Below are positions 19,143 through 24,866 of a stretch of DNA of 28,163 bases, in pieces. The stretch is from a virus (taxonomy: Duplodnaviria > Caudoviricetes), in IMG/VR virus record IMGVR_UViG_3300034341_000115, positions 1-28,163 of that record. One strand, given 5' to 3'. Numbering within the stretch: the first letter of the stretch is position 1; every line of letters begins with the position of its first letter. The notes beneath the pieces were generated by a model that ran no database searches, was not told the origin of the DNA, and worked only from the letters and a program-made list of their open reading frames with translations. The position numbers and the translations under genes are program-made.

Positions 19143-20796
19143 CGAACTCAAAGACTTTCGTAACTTCCTGTATTTCATTTGGCACTCGCTAGAACAGATC
19201 AAGCGTGACCCAACAGAGATACAGTACGATATCGCTGACTTCATGCAGCACGGTCCAAAGAGGGCTGTGGTACAGGGTTTTCGAGGAGTAGGCAAGTCTT
19301 GGATTTGTTCTGCGTTCGTAGTACACCAACTGTTCCTAGACCCAACTAAGAACATCCTTGTTGTCTCTGCATCGAAGACACGTTCTGATGACTTCTCTAC
19401 GTTCACGCTGAGACTTATTCATGACATCCCTATTCTGAGTTTCTTGAAGCCCAGTGCTGACCAGCGATTCTCTAAGGTGTCGTTTGATGTTGGACCGTCT
19501 GGAGCCTCTCACGCACCCTCTGTCAAATCATTAGGTATCACGTCACAGCTGACAGGTTCTCGTGCTGACATCATCATTGCTGATGACATTGAGGTAGCGA
19601 ACAACTCTGCTACACAGCAGATGAGAGACAAGCTATCAGAACAGGTAAAGGAGTTTGACGCTATTATCAAGCCCAACGATTCCTCTAGAATTATTGTTCT
19701 AGGAACTCCGCAATGTGAGGACAGTCTCTACAGTAAACTACAGGAACGAGGATTTACAACTAAGGTATGGTCTGCTGAGAAGGTAGACCCCAAGAAAGCG
19801 CTGAACACTTATGGAGACACACTGTCTACCCTCTGTATAGATGAAGATACCCAAGGCGATTCAGCCGAGCCTACACGTTTTACAGACTTTGATTTGCAGG
19901 AGCGAAAGATTTCTTACGGATCGGCTGGTTACGCTATGCAGTTCATGCTCAACCCCAACCTTGCTGACCTTGACCGCTATCCTCTTAAACTTGGCAACTT
20001 GGTTGTGCAAGATATTGACCCAGATGTTGCACCAGAGAAGCTAGTATGGGCGCAGACACCTGAGCTAGAATGGGAAAGACTTCCTAATGTAGGAATGAGA
20101 GGCGACCGCTTCTACAGACCGATGAAGATTCTAGGTGATATGATACCTTACACTGGGTCTGTTATGTCTATCGACCCCTCTGGTAGAGGTAAGGACGAGA
20201 CTGGCTACGCTGTAGTAAAGATGTGCAACGGAACTCTGTTTGTTCCAGAGGCTGGTGGACTCAAAGGCGGTTACGAAGAACCTACCTTGCTAGAACTAGT
20301 CCGTATCGCTAAGAGGAACAAGGTGAACGCTGTTATTACAGAGAGTAACTTCGGTGATGGTATGTTCACCCAGCTTATAACGCCCATATTTAGCCGAGAA
20401 TACCCCGTCACCCTTGAAGAGGTACGTCACCATCAACAGAAAGAGAAACGGATCATAGACACCCTTGAGCCTCTCCTAGCAGCTCACAGACTTGTTATAG
20501 CACCCTCTGTTATTGAGAACGACTACAAGACTGCACAAGGCTATCCAGCAGAACAACAACTCAGGTACATGATGATGTACCAGTTAACAAGATTAACAAG
20601 ACTCAGAGGAGCTTTAAGGAACGACGATAGACTTGATGCTCTTAGTATAGCTTGCAACTATTGGGTAGAACAAATGGCTCAAGATGCAGACATGAAGATT
20701 AAGGAACGAAGAGATGACCTAGCCTCTAAACAACTAGATGAATTCATGGATGCCTACTATAAGAGAACAACTAGATCACAGTCCTCTTGGATATAA
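19111..20796 (+). CDS. terL: Terminase large subunit, T7 gp19-like
   Basis: Walker A QGFRGVGKSW, TGSRADIIIADD Walker B, IDPSGRGKDETGY, ESNFGDGMF and DDRLDAL nuclease motifs. Exact start uncertain (GTG 19105, ATG 19111 or 19114). Confidence 0.96.
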   Translation: MMNQSQPQIPNELKDFRNFLYFIWHSLEQIKRDPTEIQYDIADFMQHGPKRAVVQGFRGVGKSWICSAFVVHQLFLDPTKNILVVSASKTRSDDFSTFTLRLIHDIPILSFLKPSADQRFSKVSFDVGPSGASHAPSVKSLGITSQLTGSRADIIIADDIEVANNSATQQMRDKLSEQVKEFDAIIKPNDSSRIIVLGTPQCEDSLYSKLQERGFTTKVWSAEKVDPKKALNTYGDTLSTLCIDEDTQGDSAEPTRFTDFDLQERKISYGSAGYAMQFMLNPNLADLDRYPLKLGNLVVQDIDPDVAPEKLVWAQTPELEWERLPNVGMRGDRFYRPMKILGDMIPYTGSVMSIDPSGRGKDETGYAVVKMCNGTLFVPEAGGLKGGYEEPTLLELVRIAKRNKVNAVITESNFGDGMFTQLITPIFSREYPVTLEEVRHHQQKEKRIIDTLEPLLAAHRLVIAPSVIENDYKTAQGYPAEQQLRYMMMYQLTRLTRLRGALRNDDRLDALSIACNYWVEQMAQDADMKIKERRDDLASKQLDEFMDAYYKRTTRSQSSWI

Positions 20797-20899
20797 TATA
20801 TATAATATATAAGGTCTAGTTCTTGACCTATAAATTAGGTCTGTAGGAGACGAGGTCTCCATCTCTAGTGCTAGCACCATCTCGTATTAGTATATAATA

Positions 20900-20927
20900 A
20901 TTATAAGAGCAGTTCTAAATCTGTCAA
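20900..20927 (-). promoter_or_regulatory. Leftward sigma70-type promoter
   Basis: Minus strand reads TTGACA-16 bp-TATAAT (plus strand TGTCAA 20922-20927, ATTATA 20900-20905). Confidence 0.65.
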
Positions 20928-20962
20928 GCACTCTTATCGGACAATCTTTTAAAACTTTTAGC

Positions 20963-20991
20963 TTGCAATTTGAAAGTTAGAACTTCATATT
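20963..20991 (+). promoter_or_regulatory. Rightward sigma70-type promoter for putative sRNA
   Basis: TTGCAA (20963-20968)-17 bp-CATATT (20986-20991). Confidence 0.5.
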
Positions 20992-20996
20992 GTCAT

Positions 20997-21081
20997 GAGC
21001 ATAATTTCAACGTGTGTGTGTTGTTATATGTGTGGGGGAGTCATTGCTGGGAATACTCGGTGGTGGCTCCCTTTTCTTTTT
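20997..21081 (+). ncRNA. Putative ~85-nt antisense small RNA
   Basis: Bounded by the promoter above and a terminator; GU-rich unstructured 5' part is complementary to the integrase leader 26944-26972. Confidence 0.5.
21036..21081 (+). terminator. Intrinsic terminator
   Basis: 16-bp stem GGGAGTCATTGCTGGG-AATA-CTCGGTGGTGGCTCCC, fully paired only with six G-U wobbles (so plus-strand RNA), followed by TTTTCTTTTT. Confidence 0.85.
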
Positions 21082-21646
21082 AGTATGCCCCTTGTACCCC
21101 CTCTCCAGTCCACAGCGGTTGTGAAGGGGCTTGGGGCTTCTTCTTGGTGAGAAATACAGGGTAGTTTTTCTCACTAATGCCTGCCTTTTTGTTTTTGTTA
21201 CAAAAATGTGAGAGGGTTTATATACGTGTGATTTACCGCTAACCCCCCATACACCCTTTCAGGGTGAGGATTGGCACAGCTTTCGTCACATAAAGGTCTA
21301 AAGACCTTTGTTTATCAGCTACTGCAACGGATTATAAATCCGATATAGCCTGTCAAACGCACAAGGAAGGCGTGTTTGAGAACTTTCGGTGTGGTTCACT
21401 CATCTTTTTCTACACAGATGTTTTTTTATTTTAGAGCGAAGCTCTAGTACCTCTCCAAGCATAAGACTTTAAAAGTCTTGAGGCGCACTGCGTCCGCATC
21501 ATTCCGCACTCATTATGCGATCACCGAACATGATCACGCACGAGGCAAAGCTCTCTCCAAAACTTTTTTCATCTTTTCGTATGGTATCCTGTGCATTATG
21601 CGCACGCTACGGCACGCTGAAAAAAGTCCTGTGGGTACGAGGCGAC

Positions 21647-21667
21647 TTGACAGGGTTGTTATAATGG
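21647..21667 (+). promoter_or_regulatory. Early promoter-like motif (extended -10 TGTTATAAT preceded closely by TTGACA)
   Basis: TTGACAGGGTTGTTATAATGG, about 80 bp upstream of the first early gene; 17/21 identical to 24732-24752. Confidence 0.55.
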
Positions 21668-21744
21668 TGGCGGCAACTCACTCCGAGTCAAGCCAAGCCA
21701 AGCACGGCACGACACACAATAACACACCAAGGAAACGCACAATT

Positions 21745-22116
21745 ATGGAAGCTACCCAAAAACAATGGTTCTCAGACTCACCCTTCGCAGAAGAGTTCAC
21801 TCAAGTTATCTTCGATAACGAATGCAGTAAGGCAAGCGAAGACTTCGTCTCATACACTGTCGGTGAAACCGATGAATCACCTGATGAACTTACGTTCAAA
21901 TTTGAGGTTGAAGACGAGGGGCGAAGCTCTCTCACCTTGACTCTTACCGAAGGTACGGTGGTGATAAATCACCTTATCCTTGATAAGGGTAACTCAGAGG
22001 TTACACCTCTTATTTGGTCGCTTAACGAAGACATCGACATCTTCCTTGAAGATTTAACGGATAAGCACGGCATCGACCTTGTCGAAGCTAAGTCTCACGG
22101 CACTGAAATCAAATAA
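21745..22116 (+). CDS. First early gene; highly acidic 123-aa protein (possible DNA mimic)
   Basis: ATG in the recurring CACAATTATG context; by my count 29 D/E versus 8 K/R. Confidence 0.7.
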   Translation: MEATQKQWFSDSPFAEEFTQVIFDNECSKASEDFVSYTVGETDESPDELTFKFEVEDEGRSSLTLTLTEGTVVINHLILDKGNSEVTPLIWSLNEDIDIFLEDLTDKHGIDLVEAKSHGTEIK

Positions 22117-22167
22117 TCACCCACAGTTTACACTCACAATTCCAATCACACAAAACAACACATAATT

Positions 22168-22470
22168 ATGAAGCAAATGTACAAATACTACGAAGTAGTC
22201 GCTAACTGCCAAACAGTCCTCTACGGTTCTTACGATCGAGACGAAGCCAAGTTCGAGCTGGAAGCTATGCGTGACACCTACAAGGAAGACGGATACAAAG
22301 GCGTAAAGCTTCGCTGGAGAGCTACTGAAGAAGCTCCAGATGTTGGCATCTATGGAAAGGCTTTTAAGCCTAAGATGGCGAAGGTGATAGCTGGCTATAA
22401 ACTACCAAAGGTAAGCTCTAACGTCGAACAAATTCAACACCAACTTGGGGCATCTCTGTTACCTTGGTAA
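22168..22470 (+). CDS. Early hypothetical protein
   Basis: 100 aa, CA-rich leader ending AATTATG; stop abuts ribozyme 1. Confidence 0.75.
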   Translation: MKQMYKYYEVVANCQTVLYGSYDRDEAKFELEAMRDTYKEDGYKGVKLRWRATEEAPDVGIYGKAFKPKMAKVIAGYKLPKVSSNVEQIQHQLGASLLPW

Positions 22471-22530
22471 CTAAGGCGAAACGGTCTTTAGACCGTCTGT
22501 TGGTAACCTTCCAGCACTGATGAGCCTAGT
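22470..22530 (+). ncRNA. Hammerhead ribozyme, type II (copy 1)
   Basis: AGGC-GAA-ACGGTC[TTTA]GACCGT-C^-TGTTGG[TAACCTT]CCAGCA-CTGATGA-GCCT; complete core; predicted cleavage after C22497. Confidence 0.92.
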
Positions 22531-22603
22531 ACACACAGATCAATCAAGACAAAGTAAGGTAGCGACTCTCGCCAAAAATCACACAATCCAAATCCACACA
22601 ATT

Positions 22604-23341
22604 ATGACCACAGTAAACACGAAGTTACTTTCAGTAAATGCCGATGCTAAAACAAGCAAAGGCTCTAACGCTGGATACCTTACAGGTATTCTTTACCTAG
22701 CTCCTGCTAACGAAGCCTCACCGAAGGTTAATATTTGTCCGTTCGCTTCAGATGGGTGCAGGGATGTGTGCTTATACAGTGCAGGGCGAGGCAAGATGGA
22801 CTCCGTAGTCAAAGCTAGGATAGCCAAAACCTTAAGGTTTCTCGAAGATCCGAAGGAGTTCGTAGAACTATTGGCAATCGACATTCAGAAAATCGTCAAC
22901 AAAGCCGCCAAGGTAGGCATGACACCTGCGATTCGACTGAATGGCACATCTGACCTGCCTTGGGAGAAGCTCGGCGGTAAACTTGGCGTAGCCTTGATGA
23001 ATAGGTTTCCAAGCGTAGCTTTCTACGATTACACGAAGAATCCTAACCGTGCTATAGCTCATGCCGAAGGCAAGATGCCAGACAATTACCACATTACTTT
23101 CAGTAAATCTGAGTGTAACGATGAAGCAGTTGCCAAGGTGGTTGAGGCAGGTGGTAACGTAGCCGCAGTTTTCAGCACGAAGAAGGCGGATGAACTGCCT
23201 GCAGATTACAACGGTCGTGAAGTGGTTGACGGTGATAAGACTGACCTACGGTTTCTCGATAAAAGCGGCGTCTTCGTTGGTCTTCGAGCTAAGGGCGATG
23301 CACGTAGTGATCGTTCTGGCTTCACCATCATACTTGACTAA
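22604..23341 (+). CDS. Conserved phage protein with C-x6-C-x3-C motif (GP88-like / Fe-S-binding candidate)
   Basis: GILYLAP...ICPFASDGCRDVCL...RLNGTSD...FYDYTK...DGDKTDLRFLD...GLRAKG. True start is probably ATG 22604; the ORF-track start at 22520 lies inside the ribozyme core. Confidence 0.7.
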   Translation: MTTVNTKLLSVNADAKTSKGSNAGYLTGILYLAPANEASPKVNICPFASDGCRDVCLYSAGRGKMDSVVKARIAKTLRFLEDPKEFVELLAIDIQKIVNKAAKVGMTPAIRLNGTSDLPWEKLGGKLGVALMNRFPSVAFYDYTKNPNRAIAHAEGKMPDNYHITFSKSECNDEAVAKVVEAGGNVAAVFSTKKADELPADYNGREVVDGDKTDLRFLDKSGVFVGLRAKGDARSDRSGFTIILD

Positions 23342-23394
23342 GGCGAAACGGTCGTAAGACCGTCTGGCGGTAACCTTCCGTCACTGACGAGCCT
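23337..23394 (+). ncRNA. Hammerhead ribozyme, type II (copy 2)
   Basis: AGGC-GAA-ACGGTC[GTAA]GACCGT-C^-TGGCGG[TAACCTT]CCGTCA-CTGACGA-GCCT; predicted cleavage after C23364. Confidence 0.92.
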
Positions 23395-23400
23395 GTTAGA

Positions 23401-23431
23401 TAATCACACAATCCAATCCTACACAACTATG
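23401..23431 (+). repeat. Leader repeat B, copy 1
   Basis: TAATCACACAATCCAATCCTACACAACTATG, 30/31 identical to 23645-23675; looser copies near 22577-22606 and 22131-22170. Confidence 0.9.
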
Positions 23432-23647
23432 ACACCTACAATATACAAACTCGCTTACGTTAACAACGTCATTAACAGAGAAGGCTACGTCCTTTTCCAA
23501 AACGACGGCAATGTAGACGTAGTCTATGAAACATTTGAGACGGAAGCAGACCTTCTTAGGTATGTAGGCAGATACTTCGAGAAGGTCGGCGAGATAACAG
23601 ACTATGGTCTGTATATTCGTAAAAGCTTTCACGATCTCAACAAATAA
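23429..23647 (+). CDS. Early hypothetical protein
   Basis: 72 aa flanked by two copies of leader repeat B. Confidence 0.7.
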   Translation: MTPTIYKLAYVNNVINREGYVLFQNDGNVDVVYETFETEADLLRYVGRYFEKVGEITDYGLYIRKSFHDLNK

Positions 23648-23675
23648 TCACACAATCCAATCCTACACAATTATG
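23645..23675 (+). repeat. Leader repeat B, copy 2
   Basis: TAATCACACAATCCAATCCTACACAATTATG, spanning exactly from stop codon to next start codon. Confidence 0.9.
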
Positions 23676-24080
23676 CAATCAGTAAAAAATCGCACTATAG
23701 ACAAGTCCAAACCTGTAAAGGTTTACTGGAATCTACACCGCAACTGCTATTCCGTTCAACAGAACGGTCTGGTAGTGGGTCATACTGACCATATCGAGCT
23801 TCGTGATGTTACCTTTAAGGTAAGCGAGGCAGGTCGGCAACGTGTCTTGAAAGAGCGCAGAAAGAATGTGCATGCTTTCGTTACAGGCTACTTGGACGAC
23901 TTGGATGCTATCCGCATCTGGTATGTAAAGATTGTTTACAATCCTTACAAGTATGACAGCTTTCGGCTCTGGGTTGACCCAACTGTGACTGTAAAGTCAT
24001 CCGAAGCAGTAGTTCTACGAACAAGGGACGGCAAAGGCTGTATCCTTTCGGAGCGTAAGATAGGCACACACTGTGCATAG
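23673..24080 (+). CDS. Conserved phage hypothetical protein
   Basis: ATG 23673 at end of repeat B; VYWNLH...FKVSEAGRQRVLKERRKNVHAFV.G...YNPYK motif pattern seen in diverse phages. Confidence 0.75.
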   Translation: MQSVKNRTIDKSKPVKVYWNLHRNCYSVQQNGLVVGHTDHIELRDVTFKVSEAGRQRVLKERRKNVHAFVTGYLDDLDAIRIWYVKIVYNPYKYDSFRLWVDPTVTVKSSEAVVLRTRDGKGCILSERKIGTHCA

Positions 24081-24137
24081 TCTGCGTAGTACAATCAAGA
24101 CAAAAGTAAAGTGGCGAAACTGCCGACAAAAATTATG
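24077..24137 (+). repeat. Intergenic repeat A, copy 1
   Basis: ATAGTCTGCGTAGTACAATCAAGACAAAAGTAAAGTGGCGAAACTGCCGACAAAAATTATG, from TAG stop to ATG. Confidence 0.9.
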
Positions 24138-24311
24138 CAAATGCGAAACACCATCACACTCCGCAAGCGAGAGGTCTATGGCAACGAACTGTTCTACGTA
24201 GTAGACAAGGATCAAGCCAAGGCTATCTCGATTCTAACGGGACAAAAGACGGTTACGGAACGTAACATCGGAGCTTTGAAGCTTCTCGGATACACCATCA
24301 CATACGTATAG
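24135..24311 (+). CDS. Small early hypothetical protein
   Basis: 58 aa between two copies of repeat A; EVYGNELFY...LTGQKT motif. Confidence 0.7.
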   Translation: MQMRNTITLRKREVYGNELFYVVDKDQAKAISILTGQKTVTERNIGALKLLGYTITYV

Positions 24312-24367
24312 TCTGCGTAGTACAATCAAGACAAAGTAAAGTGGCAATTCATGCCGACAAAATTATG
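24308..24367 (+). repeat. Intergenic repeat A, copy 2
   Basis: ATAGTCTGCGTAGTACAATCAAGACAAAGTAAAGTGGCAATTCATGCCGACAAAATTATG; partial third copy at 22541-22577. Confidence 0.9.
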
Positions 24368-24568
24368 GAAAAAGAAGACGCACTAATCCTAGCCTCACGT
24401 TACTACCTATGTGAGGAACTACCCGAAACATACGTTGACTTCGATGCCGACAAATTAGATCAGTTCCTTGAGTCTAACGCATGGCAACCGTTCGAGTTCT
24501 ACCCTGCAGTAGACATATGGGATTTGATCAACGACCTTGCTGACGAATTTGTTCGAGTAAGCAAGTAA
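24365..24568 (+). CDS. Small acidic early protein
   Basis: 67 aa from ATG 24365; about 17 D/E versus 5 K/R. Confidence 0.7.
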   Translation: MEKEDALILASRYYLCEELPETYVDFDADKLDQFLESNAWQPFEFYPAVDIWDLINDLADEFVRVSK

Positions 24569-24595
24569 CATTACACAACCACATATCATAACATC

Positions 24596-24775
24596 ATGCT
24601 CAATCAAATCCTATCTACCTGCAAGCAACTCAATCGCTTGCTCAAGACTAAAGACCCGTATCATTCCGACCTTGTGGCACAGCTACTTACGAAGATTGAA
24701 AACCAAATCCCATCCGAAAACCCTCAAGGGGTTGACAAGGATGCTATAGTGGAAGCTCTCAACAAAAACGACTAA
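24596..24775 (+). CDS. Small early hypothetical protein (not in ORF track)
   Basis: 59 aa MLNQILSTCKQLNRLL...EALNKND after a CA-rich leader; its GAC-TAA end is the 5' end of ribozyme 3, as for ribozyme 2. Confidence 0.6.
   Translation: MLNQILSTCKQLNRLLKTKDPYHSDLVAQLLTKIENQIPSENPQGVDKDAIVEALNKND
24732..24752 (+). promoter_or_regulatory. Second copy of early promoter-like motif
   Basis: TTGACAAGGATGCTATAGTGG (extended -10 TGCTATAGT), just upstream of ribozyme 3. Confidence 0.5.
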
Positions 24776-24831
24776 GGCGAAACAAGGCGCAATGCCTTGT
24801 CTGCTGGTAACCTTCCAGCACTGACGAGCCT
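24771..24831 (+). ncRNA. Hammerhead ribozyme, type II (copy 3)
   Basis: AGGC-GAA-ACAAGGC[GCAAT]GCCTTGT-C^-TGCTGG[TAACCTT]CCAGCA-CTGACGA-GCCT; predicted cleavage after C24801. Confidence 0.92.
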
Positions 24832-24866
24832 GTCAGCTTATACATAATCAGATACATATACTGCAC

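Noticed and set aside
20985-21034. Minus-strand gene start (CA-rich leader plus AATTATG)
   Set aside because: The frame closes after five codons (MLMTI), and the adjacent G-U-rich hairpin only pairs on the plus strand, favouring the antisense-RNA reading.
21579-21606. Minus-strand CGTGCGCATAATGCACA resembling the XerC arm of E. coli dif
   Set aside because: The other arm (GGATACCATAC) does not resemble the normally best-conserved XerD arm TTATGTTAAAT; at most a half-site.
21478-21744. 89-codon N-terminal extension of ORF 21478..22116
   Set aside because: TTG start, runs through palindromes and the promoter-like motif; ATG 21745 has the shared early-gene leader context.
21880-21890. Other CTGATGA/CTGACGA words (e.g. 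~658, ~1131, ~21882, ~24540)
   Set aside because: They lie inside coding sequence without the flanking stems and GAAA needed for a hammerhead.
24111-24127. GGCGAAAC in repeat A as a fourth hammerhead
   Set aside because: No CTGANGA core or stems I/III nearby, and the second copy of repeat A lacks GAAAC.
22470-24831. Repeats interpreted as a CRISPR array or integron attC sites
   Set aside because: Spacing is irregular and gene-sized, no cas genes are present, there are no attC RYYYAAC/GTTRRRY ends, and the main repeat is fully explained as a hammerhead.
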